Assembly (NCBI GenBank): GCA_041167305.1
Contig: JBEEHI010000138.1
Coordinates: 1-55,134, forward strand
Source of the DNA: Verrucomicrobiota bacterium
Lineage (GTDB): Bacteria; Verrucomicrobiota; Verrucomicrobiia; Chthoniobacterales; UBA10450
Direction of reading: 5' to 3'
Length of the DNA stretch: 55,134 nucleotides
A program made the position numbers and the translations under genes. The notes under the pieces were generated by a model that had not been told where the DNA came from, searched no databases, and saw only the letters and a list, made by a program, of their open reading frames with translations. Shown here in pieces: positions 1-8,637 of the stretch; within the stretch, counting starts at the first letter, position 1; each line of letters starts with the position of its first letter.

Positions 1-970
1 CTGTTTGATTAGTTGCGTGAATGTCGGTCGTTTGTAATCGATAAGAGTCGAGTGTTCGTCGAAGCCCCTCTTTCCAACTGACTAACACGCGATAGCCAAG
101 CTCGCTTTCGATTGCGCTGATGTTGGCGCGGGAATCACGGATATCACCAACGCGGCTTGGTTCCAAGGATTGAGCCAACGGACTTCCGGTTAAATCAGCC
201 AGAGCGCCTGCCAGTTCGATCACCGAAACGGAAGTCCCGGTAGCGCAGTCAAAAGCGCAGCCGGCAATTTTTCCTTCGGGCGCTGCTGCCGCGAGAAGGT
301 TGGCCGATACCACGTTGTCAATGTAGGTAAAGTCACGTGCCTGATGGCCGTCGCCGTAAATAGTGATGGGGCGAGCGTTGAGGATGGCTTTGCAAAAACG
401 CGCGACGACGCCGGCGTAGGGCGAATCGTAATCCTGCCGTGGTCCGAAAACGTTGAAGCAGCGCAAAGTAACTACCGGCAACGCATACAAGCGGTGAAAC
501 AGCTTGGCATATTGCTCCGCCGCGTATTTCTGAACGGCGTAGGGCGAAAGCGGTTCCGGGCGTACCGCTTCCTCTCTTTCCTCTGCCTTTGCCTCGCCAT
601 AGACGGAGGATGAGGAAGCGAAAACGACGCGCCGCACCCCGGCATCGCGGGCGGCGACAAAGAGGTGCAAAGTTGTATTGAGATTCCTCCGGTTACTTTC
701 GAGAGGAGCGATAATCGACTGCTGCACGGATGGCATCGCAGCCAGGTGAAACACGCAGTCGCAGTCACTGATCAGTTTCTTGAGCAAAACGTCGTCACCG
801 GCGTCGCCCTGGACAAACTCCAGTTCGTGAGTTGGCGCGCGCCAGGCGAGATTGTCGAGCGTGCCGGAACTCAAGTCGTCCAGGATGACGACCTTGTCCC
901 CGCAGCGGCATAGCGCCTCGGCCAGATGCGATCCAATAAAGCCCGCCCCACCTGTAACGAGAGCTTTCAA
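1..970 (-). CDS. NAD-dependent epimerase/dehydratase (UDP-sugar 4-epimerase-like); 3' end runs off the window
   Basis: Absent from the ORF track because it has no stop inside the window. Reverse-complement reading from TTG at 970 gives LKALVTGGAGFIGSHLAEALCRCGDKVVILDDLSSGTLDNL...SSSSVYG...SPYAVQKY (Rossmann GxxGxxG, YxxxK) and stays open to nt 1. TTGA overlap with the stop of the upstream gene. Confidence 0.8.
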   Translation of the reverse strand, partial: MKALVTGGAGFIGSHLAEALCRCGDKVVILDDLSSGTLDNLAWRAPTHELEFVQGDAGDDVLLKKLISDCDCVFHLAAMPSVQQSIIAPLESNRRNLNTTLHLFVAARDAGVRRVVFASSSSVYGEAKAEEREEAVRPEPLSPYAVQKYAAEQYAKLFHRLYALPVVTLRCFNVFGPRQDYDSPYAGVVARFCKAILNARPITIYGDGHQARDFTYIDNVVSANLLAAAAPEGKIAGCAFDCATGTSVSVIELAGALADLTGSPLAQSLEPSRVGDIRDSRANISAIESELGYRVLVSWKEGLRRTLDSYRLQTTDIHATNQT

Positions 971-1596
971 AGGATCTCCGATTTCGCCTTTCGCGCCGGC
1001 CGAACGAGATTGCTGCCCGCCGCTGAGGCGCCAGGCCCCGCTTTGCAAATCAAGAGACTCCTGTAGTCCTCTTCTTCAACAAGACGTCCGGAGGAGAGAC
1101 AATCCTGAATGATTAAACGGGCCTTCGGGAAAGCGCTGGAATGACGGTAAAACAGAATGCGGCCTCCGGGCTTAAGTTTGGAAAGGAAGAGCTCGAGCAG
1201 GCTCTCATCATTATGGCGTGCGTAGGCGGATTTCGCCGAGTCGTAGAATTCGCAGAGATGGAAGAGCGTAACGAAATCGAAGTTAGGAAGCACCGCGGCG
1301 CTGAGCGTGTAAATATCCCCAAAAAGGACCTTGTAATATTTGGCGATCTCGGGATTGCGAATAATCAGTTCGACATAGGCAGCATGCTCGCTTTTCGAGG
1401 CGGTGATCGCCAGGATCTCGTTGCGCTTTGGCGCCACTACGTTGGCGCGCCCGAGAAGGTGATGTTCGCCGCTGCCAAAATGGAAAATGGACTTAGATGC
1501 CGCCCCGCTCTTGGTCAGGTACTCGATGAAGTGAATGTCACAGGGACACCGTTCCCGATCCAGCGGCCATGAATCCTGCCAGTAATTTAACTGCAT
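967..1596 (-). CDS. class I SAM-dependent methyltransferase-like protein
   Basis: Internal ATG (1596) of track ORF 967..1788. The region upstream of that ATG is Arg/Pro-rich junk. Motifs IFHFGSGEH (motif I-like) and LKPGGRILF (post-II-like). Confidence 0.55.
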   Translation of the reverse strand: MQLNYWQDSWPLDRERCPCDIHFIEYLTKSGAASKSIFHFGSGEHHLLGRANVVAPKRNEILAITASKSEHAAYVELIIRNPEIAKYYKVLFGDIYTLSAAVLPNFDFVTLFHLCEFYDSAKSAYARHNDESLLELFLSKLKPGGRILFYRHSSAFPKARLIIQDCLSSGRLVEEEDYRSLLICKAGPGASAAGSNLVRPARKAKSEIL

Positions 1597-1859
1597 GGGA
1601 AGCAGAAGAGAGGCGCGCGAAGTTCTCCTCGCACCGAGTCGTGCTGGATCGCGGGGCCAAGTTCGACGCGCGCCTGGGGAGCCATGCGGCCTTTCTACCG
1701 CGCGGCGCCTGGTTCCAGCAATAGCGAAATTGCGTGGCGCGCACCCGGTCGAAGCGATACCTCCGCTCGAATCGGTTCGTTTACCCATAAAAGTGGCGCG
1801 CTAATCTATTGACACACGCCATTCCTTCCTGCCATAACCCAGCTTGAATCTCCCCCCGT

Positions 1860-2444
1860 ATGCGAAAGCTGCTGATCAAGATTGTCGTCGGTTCGATCAG
1901 GCAGGGTCGAAAAAGTTTGGCGGTGGCGGAATATCTGCACGCCAGGGTCCAGGAGAAAACGGAGCTCGCGGCGCGGCTCCTCGATTTGGCCGATTATCCT
2001 TTACCGCCGCTGGAGGAACGGACCGAGGGCGAGAGCGCCTTGCCCACGGCGCGCAAGCTTTTCGAGCAGCTCGGCGAAGCGGATGGGCTGTTGATCGTGG
2101 CGCCTGAATACAAAGGAGGTGTGCCGGGCGCCTTGAAGAATGTGTTCGATTATTTTCCGCCCGGCCTGCTCCGCCACAAACCGGTGGGCATTTGCACGGT
2201 TTCCGCCGGCGGCTACGGGGGGATCAGTTGCCTCGCTCAACTGCGGCTGCTCACGCTTGCTGTGGGCGGCATTCCGATCCCTGAGTTCATCGCGGTTTCG
2301 AAAGTAAATGAAGTCGCCGGCGAGCGCACCGGTCTGGAGAGGGTCTTGGCCGGAAAGCTTGAGGCATTTTTTACAGAGTTGATTTGGCATTGCGAGGCGA
2401 TGGCGCTACAGCGAGAACGAGAGGAGGCGCGCCGGCCATCATGA
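1860..2444 (+). CDS. NAD(P)H-dependent FMN reductase (SsuE/flavodoxin-like fold family)
   Basis: 194 aa. KIVVGSIRQGRKS...LLIVAPEYKGGVPGALKNVFDY is typical of the NADPH-dependent FMN reductase family. Confidence 0.8.
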   Translation: MRKLLIKIVVGSIRQGRKSLAVAEYLHARVQEKTELAARLLDLADYPLPPLEERTEGESALPTARKLFEQLGEADGLLIVAPEYKGGVPGALKNVFDYFPPGLLRHKPVGICTVSAGGYGGISCLAQLRLLTLAVGGIPIPEFIAVSKVNEVAGERTGLERVLAGKLEAFFTELIWHCEAMALQREREEARRPS

Positions 2445-3973
2445 GCATCCCGGCGACCATCATCGCGACGATGCACGCGACGCCGGCCCGCCGCACCGGC
2501 GGTCTTGGAGATTCCAATTGGATCGAGTGGCGCGGCGATCTGTTGGGCGACGCCGCGCCGCTCGGACTCATGAAGCCCGGCCGGAAGACGCTTTATGCGC
2601 TGCGCAGCAGACTGGAAGGAGGAGAAGGTCCGATTGAGCGCGATGTGCGCCGCGCGCGATTGCTGGCGGCGGCAAAGCGTTTCGATTACATCGAGCTTGA
2701 GGGGAAGCGCGACCTCGATCACGCCATCCTTGCGGCGATTCCGCCACACCGGCGAGTCATCTCGTGGCACGGTAAGGCAACCGAGGCGGGGGCATTGCAT
2801 CAGTTGCTCGCCTCGTTTCGTCGCGCAGAAGCGCACTTGTACCGGTTCGTGACCAGGAGCGAGGAAGTCGCGGCGGCCCTCGCGCCGATCCAATTTCTGG
2901 CCGCCACGGCGCGTCGTGATGTCATCGCCTACGCCGAGAGTGCTAATGCAACCTGGACGCGGCCGCTCGCGGCCCGCTACGGCGCGCCGGTAGTTTTTGG
3001 AACTGTCGCGAACGGCCAGGGACCATCGCCGACGGACCTCTCAGCATTGGTGCGCGACTACGGTCTGCCGGATTTGCATCGGGTAACGGAACTGTGCGCG
3101 ATCGTGGGCAAACCGGTGAACGGTTCGCTCTCGCCCCAGCTGCACAACGCGGCTTACCGCGCGCAGGGCGCCTCACGGCTCTTCGTCCGATTTCCCGTGG
3201 AATCGTTCGGCGTCTTTTGGCACGGCGTGGTGAAAACGGGTCTCTTCGAGGCGATCGGCATTCGGGTGCGTGGGGTCACGGTGGCGTCGCCGCATAAAGA
3301 GTCGGCCCTTGCGGTCGCGGCGGAAATTTCGACGTTCAGCCGGACAACGGAATCGACCAACGTGATGTTCCGGCGCGGCAGTGCGTGGCACGCGGACACC
3401 ACGGACGCTGACGGCGTGTTGATGAACTTCGAGGCGGCGGGGATCGCTTGCGCAAAGCGACGGATCGCGGTCATCGGCTGCGGCGGCTCGGGCCGTCCGA
3501 TTGCCGCGGCGCTGCAGCGGGCAGGGGCGGACGTGACGCTGGTAAACCGGAGCGCCGCCCGTGGACTCTGGGCGTCAAAGCTTTTAGGACTTCCGTTCGT
3601 GCCGCTCGCGCAGTTCAATGCCGCGGAATACGACATGATCGTCAACGCCACGCCAGTGGGGAGAGAAGGAGAAGAGCTGCCCGTCGATGTTACTTCAATG
3701 CCGCGGAGGTCCGTTGTCGTAGACTTGGTTTTTGCCGCAGCCGCCACGCCGTTAAGCGCGGTGGCGCACCGCTGCGGCCACACAATCATTGACGGCCGCG
3801 ACATCCTGCTCGCCCAAGCCGCGCGCCAATACAAATTGATGACCGGCGAGGAGATGCCGCGGATCCCGGCGTGCGATCTTTTGGGCGCGAATGCAAGTCG
3901 CGTGCGGGCAGAATTTCGGGCTGGGAGAAAAACCGCGCCCGTGCCACCACTCAGCGAATCGTTCGCGCAATGA
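2441..3973 (+). CDS. AroD-like (type I dehydroquinase-like) / AroE-like (shikimate-quinate dehydrogenase family) fusion protein
   Basis: ATG 2441 overlaps the upstream stop (ATGA). N-terminal half has DYIELEG and VISWHGK (DHQase I-like). C-terminal half has GSLSPQLHNAAY, VTVASPHK, TTDADG, VIGCGGSGRPIAAAL and IVNATPVG (SDH family). Confidence 0.75.
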   Translation: MSIPATIIATMHATPARRTGGLGDSNWIEWRGDLLGDAAPLGLMKPGRKTLYALRSRLEGGEGPIERDVRRARLLAAAKRFDYIELEGKRDLDHAILAAIPPHRRVISWHGKATEAGALHQLLASFRRAEAHLYRFVTRSEEVAAALAPIQFLAATARRDVIAYAESANATWTRPLAARYGAPVVFGTVANGQGPSPTDLSALVRDYGLPDLHRVTELCAIVGKPVNGSLSPQLHNAAYRAQGASRLFVRFPVESFGVFWHGVVKTGLFEAIGIRVRGVTVASPHKESALAVAAEISTFSRTTESTNVMFRRGSAWHADTTDADGVLMNFEAAGIACAKRRIAVIGCGGSGRPIAAALQRAGADVTLVNRSAARGLWASKLLGLPFVPLAQFNAAEYDMIVNATPVGREGEELPVDVTSMPRRSVVVDLVFAAAATPLSAVAHRCGHTIIDGRDILLAQAARQYKLMTGEEMPRIPACDLLGANASRVRAEFRAGRKTAPVPPLSESFAQ

Positions 3974-4389
3974 GTACGACGAACGAGCCAATGTCTGTGA
4001 ACGGCGAAAGCCAGCCGCCATCGGGTGAGGACCTGGCGGCGAAACTTGATCTTTCCTCGCTCATCGGCCGGTGGAAGAACACCAACGGGGCGACGCGCGG
4101 CATTTCGGAAATCGTCATCAGCGAGGATGGCAAAAACCTGCGCGTGCAAACGTTTGGGGCGTGCGCCTCAGACCCGCGCGATTGGGGAGAGGAGCTCGCG
4201 ACAACCTACGCCTACAGTGTGGTCGGCGACGTCGTAGCGGGTTTCGAGCTGACCTATGATTTCGGAGCGCAGGAGACGCTGGTGACTGCCATTCACAATC
4301 GCGGCGTCCTGGTCATTCATGCGTATCACTGCTTCAAGGATGGCAGCGGCCGCTCCAACTTTATTTCCAAGGAATTTTTCCACCAATGA
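3970..4389 (+). CDS. hypothetical small protein, paralog 1 (GxWxNT beta-barrel-like motif)
   Basis: ATG 3970 overlaps the upstream stop (ATGA). 139 aa. Shares DL..L.G.W.NT...TR...GF...YDF...FKD.SGR...EFF with the next gene. Confidence 0.6.
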   Translation: MSTTNEPMSVNGESQPPSGEDLAAKLDLSSLIGRWKNTNGATRGISEIVISEDGKNLRVQTFGACASDPRDWGEELATTYAYSVVGDVVAGFELTYDFGAQETLVTAIHNRGVLVIHAYHCFKDGSGRSNFISKEFFHQ

Positions 4390-4832
4390 CTTCCTCTCCA
4401 TCGACGAACGCGATTTCCGGAATCAAACGCGACGATACGCCCTCGGGCGACGAGCCAGGCGAGACCGGCCAAGCGGGAGTCGACCTGACCCACCTCCTCG
4501 GGACGTGGGTCAATACCTACCGCGAAACGCGCAGCCTTTGCCGCTTCATCCTGGCTCCGAGCGTGTCCGGTTACTCGATTGAAACGGTGGCGGCGACGGA
4601 GAGCGGCGCTCAAACACTGGGCCAAACGGAGGTGCGTCCATTCGCGCCAAACGTAAATTCCTGGAAGGCCGACGGCTTCACCGCGAGATACGATTTTGAG
4701 TTTTTCGAAATGTCGCTTGCCGCTTATTGCGCGAAAGGTTTGATCGTCGTGTCGCAATACACGCGCTTTAAGGACTGCAGCGGGCGCCCCGATTATTTCA
4801 ATCGCGAGTTCTTTTTCAAAGAGGAGTCATGA
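4386..4832 (+). CDS. hypothetical small protein, paralog 2
   Basis: ATGA overlap at 4386. 148 aa. Colinear similarity to 3970..4389. Confidence 0.6.
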   Translation: MTSSPSTNAISGIKRDDTPSGDEPGETGQAGVDLTHLLGTWVNTYRETRSLCRFILAPSVSGYSIETVAATESGAQTLGQTEVRPFAPNVNSWKADGFTARYDFEFFEMSLAAYCAKGLIVVSQYTRFKDCSGRPDYFNREFFFKEES

Positions 4833-6118
4833 TTTCCGGCACGAGCACTGCCGCAGCCGGCCACGAGGAATTGATCGAGCGCGTAGCCGCCCTGGCGCGC
4901 GAGAAATTTGCCGGGCGCGCGGACCGCTACGACCGCGAGGCAATTTTCCCGGCGGACGATTTTGAGGATCTTTTCGCCGCCGGCCTGCATGCTCCCTGCG
5001 TGCCGGAAAGTTTCGGCGGCCAGGGACTCGGGCCAGGCCACGATGTTTACACTCTCTGGTTGATGACGAAAGAAATCGCCAAGGCGGACATGTCGATGGC
5101 GCGCTGCTGGGAGGGCCACGTGAATTCGCAGGTGCTGATCGACGCGTTTGGGATGGAGGAACAAAAGAAGCGTTGGTTTGAAGGCGTGGTGGATGGGCGG
5201 GAAATCTGGGTCGCGTGGAGCGGCGAACCGCAGTCGAGGATTCCCGGTCAAAAGGCGCGCTTCGGCACGAACGTCACGCGAGTCGAGGGCGGTTATGTGG
5301 TGGACGGGACGAAAGTGTTCGCAACCAGCGCGGGCCACGCGCGGAAGGCGATCTTGCTTGTCGACATCGCCGGGCCGGGCGGGGCGCGCCACGCGGCGGG
5401 CGCAAGCAGCGGCGTGCTGTTGCTGGTGTGCGACCTGGCGGAAAACGCAGTGACTTTCGACGATTCCTGGTGGGACCCGATCGGGATGCGCGCCACGGTG
5501 AGTTATCTCGCGCGATTCGATCGCTGTTTCATCCCCGATCGGGACGTTCTCGGTCAGCCCGGCCAATATCTGGCGGAAGGATGGCAGACCCGGTTTGCGC
5601 CGCATTATGGCGCGACTTTCCTCGGCGGCGCGGAAGCGGCGTTCGAATATGCCCACGCCTACGCCACGAAGGATGAGCGCGAGAGCGATCCGTTTGTCGA
5701 GCAGCGGCTCGGCCAAATGTCTTTGAACATCGAGTGCGCTCATCTTTATCTCGAACACGTCTCCCGGCTGTGGGACGCCGGACGCTGCCACGAGGCGATG
5801 CGCGCCGGCATCCGCGCCAGGTTCCTGGTGGAGAAGTGGGCGGCGGAAACGGTGGATTACGTAATCAAGGCGTGCGGCGCGCGCAGCCTCATCCGGCCCA
5901 GCCCGATCGAACGCATCTACCGCGACCTATCCATTTATGCGCGACATGATAACGCCGATCATCTGTTAGCAACGATCGGGCGCGAGGCGCTGGGAAAAAT
6001 CCACGACGTCTCCTTTTTTCATCTGGAAGAGCGGCCCGCTCCATCAGCATCCAGCAATGGCGAGGCGCGGGCGAGCCTGGGGGAGCCGCAACACGCCAGT
6101 GCCGATGTCGCAGGGTGA
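4829..6118 (+). CDS. acyl-CoA dehydrogenase-fold flavoprotein (possible two-component flavin monooxygenase or oxidase)
   Basis: ATGA overlap at 4829. 429 aa. ACAD-like N-, middle and C-domains (PESFGGQGLG, WVAWSGEPQ, IYRDLSIYARHD...IGREALG). Confidence 0.75.
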   Translation: MISGTSTAAAGHEELIERVAALAREKFAGRADRYDREAIFPADDFEDLFAAGLHAPCVPESFGGQGLGPGHDVYTLWLMTKEIAKADMSMARCWEGHVNSQVLIDAFGMEEQKKRWFEGVVDGREIWVAWSGEPQSRIPGQKARFGTNVTRVEGGYVVDGTKVFATSAGHARKAILLVDIAGPGGARHAAGASSGVLLLVCDLAENAVTFDDSWWDPIGMRATVSYLARFDRCFIPDRDVLGQPGQYLAEGWQTRFAPHYGATFLGGAEAAFEYAHAYATKDERESDPFVEQRLGQMSLNIECAHLYLEHVSRLWDAGRCHEAMRAGIRARFLVEKWAAETVDYVIKACGARSLIRPSPIERIYRDLSIYARHDNADHLLATIGREALGKIHDVSFFHLEERPAPSASSNGEARASLGEPQHASADVAG

Positions 6119-6139
6119 CCCGGAGAGCCGGCCGCACCC

Positions 6140-7246
6140 ATGGACCGAAGAAAGATTGCATACTGCGATTTCGGATTGAATGCCGCGATCAGCCGCAGCT
6201 TGCGACCGCGGCTCGACGCGGCGTTTCCCGAAAACCCGGTGGAAGTGATCGGCCTCGGCGAACTGGTGAGCCTCCGAAATTGGCGGAATATCGCGGACGT
6301 GCTGCTCCACTACGGCTGGGAGATATTGTCAGGGCGGAAACGGTTCAAAGATTGCCTGCTCCGCACCCGATACAGCTTCGAATCAATCCGCCGCGCCTTA
6401 CGCCGCCGCCTCACCGCCGACTCATATCGGTTCACTTTTCAGACCGGATCACGGGTCGACGGGAGCGTGCCCGGGATCCCGCACTTTGTTTACACCGACC
6501 ACACGCACCTGGCTAATCGACAGTACCCGGAACCTCCACCGGACTGGAAATTTTCGACGGAGTGGATCGAATTGGAACGCGAGATTTACCATCGTGCGAC
6601 ACGCGTCTTTACGTTCAGCTCGAATATTGGCAGATCGCTCATCGAAGATTACGGCGTGGAGCCCGCGAAAATCCGGTGCGCCTACGCCGGCGGCAATCTG
6701 CCCCGCAGGCCGGGTGCGCCCGTCAGAGTCCCCGGCGGAAAGACGATCCTGTTCGTGGGAATGGAATGGGAACGGAAAGGCGGCCCGCTCCTGGTCGCTG
6801 CGTTTCGGCGAGTGCTGCGGGAGCATCCGGACGCTAAGCTGCTCATCGTCGGATGCGCGCCCGCGGTTTCGGTGCCGAACTGTGAGATTCTTGGTTTGTT
6901 GCCGATCGAGGAAGTGGCAACTCATTTCCAACGGGCGAATGTTTTCTGCATGCCCACGCGGTGCGAACCTTTTGGGGTCGTCTTTGTAGAAGCGATGCTT
7001 GCCGGATTGCCAGTGGTCGCGACCAGACTGGGCGCCCTACCCGACATGGTGCATGACGGGGTAAACGGTTTTCTCATCGAAAGCGGCGACGAACGCGGCC
7101 TCGCTACGGCTCTAGGCACCCTGCTGGCAGATCCGAAAATGTGCGCCGCTCTTGGCGCGCGTGGAGCGGCGCTCGCCGAACAGCAATACACATGGGAAAA
7201 CAGTGTGGCGATCATGAGAGCCGAGATGGTCCGCGCGGGAGCATAG
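6140..7246 (+). CDS. glycosyltransferase family 4 (GT-B)
   Basis: 368 aa. EPFGVVFVEAMLAGLPVVATRLGALPDMVHDGVNGFLIE (E-x7-E region). Confidence 0.85.
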   Translation: MDRRKIAYCDFGLNAAISRSLRPRLDAAFPENPVEVIGLGELVSLRNWRNIADVLLHYGWEILSGRKRFKDCLLRTRYSFESIRRALRRRLTADSYRFTFQTGSRVDGSVPGIPHFVYTDHTHLANRQYPEPPPDWKFSTEWIELEREIYHRATRVFTFSSNIGRSLIEDYGVEPAKIRCAYAGGNLPRRPGAPVRVPGGKTILFVGMEWERKGGPLLVAAFRRVLREHPDAKLLIVGCAPAVSVPNCEILGLLPIEEVATHFQRANVFCMPTRCEPFGVVFVEAMLAGLPVVATRLGALPDMVHDGVNGFLIESGDERGLATALGTLLADPKMCAALGARGAALAEQQYTWENSVAIMRAEMVRAGA

Positions 7247-7494
7247 ATGCCCGTGCCGCCGATCCATAACCGGCGGTGCCGGTGAATCATGCCTAATTAT
7301 CGTTTTAGAGATCGCAAAGGGCGCTCGAACTATGTTACCAAGGAGCTCAGCGATGACCATGGCCGCCCCACCCCTGAACGAACGTTTTCCGGCGAAACGA
7401 GACCGCCAGCCCTCGGATAGTGCCGCCTGGACCAGGGTCGTGTCGACGGAGGAGGCGCGAGCTAGCTTAAGCAAACACCCACACCCCAGCACCC

Positions 7495-8637
7495 ATGTCG
7501 CAGGCTGAACGGAGTACGGGCGGCGGAGCCCCACCCCTGAGGCCGCTGCGGTTTCACTGGAGTATGTCCAGTGCCGGCAGCGAGTTGAAAGGGGCGAAAG
7601 CGCGCGCCGCGCAAAATGGGATTCCCGATCTCGCGGCGCACGTTGCATATTGCGAGGCGGCCGAGTGGTGCGGGATTGAATCGCTTTTGACGGCATTTGG
7701 TTTTCACCGGCCCGATCCAATTGCCCTGGCCGCCGCGCTGGGCGTGCTGACGTCGAAAGTAAAGTTCATGGTCGCCGTCCGCTCGGGAGTCATTTCGCCC
7801 ACGTCGTTCGTGCAGCAGGTCAACACCGTTTCCGCACTAACGCAGGGGCGAATTTGCCTGAATGTGGTCGGCGGCCACACGCCGAAAGAGCAACGCGCGT
7901 ATGGCGATTTCCTGAGCCACGACGAGCGCTATGCGCGCACAGACGAGTTCCTCTCCATTTGCCGCGCGCTTTGGGCCGAGGAAGAGCCGGTGAGCTTCAA
8001 GGGCGCCTATTATGAAATCGAAGACGCCGTGGTGAAGACGCCCTTTGTCTCGAACGAACGACGCGCGCCGGAAATTTTCCTTGGCGGCGCATCGGACGCA
8101 GCGCTGAATCTCGCGGTGCGGCACGCGGATTGTCTCTGGACGCTGCCGCGTTGTCCTGAAGAAATAGCGCCTCGATTGCAGCCTGTCCTCGAGAGCGGGA
8201 CTGAAGTCGGTCTGCTGCTTTCAATCATCGCACGACCGAGCCGCGAGGAAGCGGTCTCCGATGCCTACGCGCTCCTCGACCGCGTCGGCGGCAAGGCGCG
8301 ACAGGTGCACGAGGAATTTTCGACGCGCTCCGATTCGGTGGCCTTCACGGGAACGCTCGCGCTCGCGGAGAAGAATGGCGGCGACTGGCTGACGCCGTGG
8401 CTCTGGACCGGCGCGGTGCCGTATCTCGGTGCGCCCGCGATCGCGCTGGTCGGTTCGTACGACGAAGTGGCGGGAGCGATCCGTGCCTTCGAGGAAGTGG
8501 GCGTCAGCCAATTTCTATTTATGGGATGGCCGGACCTCGAGGAGATGAAGCGGTTCGCCGGCGAGGTGCGGCCGCGGCTCGAGTCCTCGGCGTCTCGACG
8601 CATTGCTGACAACTCGCGCGCACCCATTTTGAAATGA
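7495..8637 (+). CDS. LLM-class flavin-dependent monooxygenase (SsuD-like)
   Basis: 380 aa. KFMVAVRSGVISPTSFVQQVNTVSALTQGRICLNVVGGHTPKEQRAYGDFLSHDERYARTDEF aligns by eye with the SsuD core. Confidence 0.8.
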   Translation: MSQAERSTGGGAPPLRPLRFHWSMSSAGSELKGAKARAAQNGIPDLAAHVAYCEAAEWCGIESLLTAFGFHRPDPIALAAALGVLTSKVKFMVAVRSGVISPTSFVQQVNTVSALTQGRICLNVVGGHTPKEQRAYGDFLSHDERYARTDEFLSICRALWAEEEPVSFKGAYYEIEDAVVKTPFVSNERRAPEIFLGGASDAALNLAVRHADCLWTLPRCPEEIAPRLQPVLESGTEVGLLLSIIARPSREEAVSDAYALLDRVGGKARQVHEEFSTRSDSVAFTGTLALAEKNGGDWLTPWLWTGAVPYLGAPAIALVGSYDEVAGAIRAFEEVGVSQFLFMGWPDLEEMKRFAGEVRPRLESSASRRIADNSRAPILK

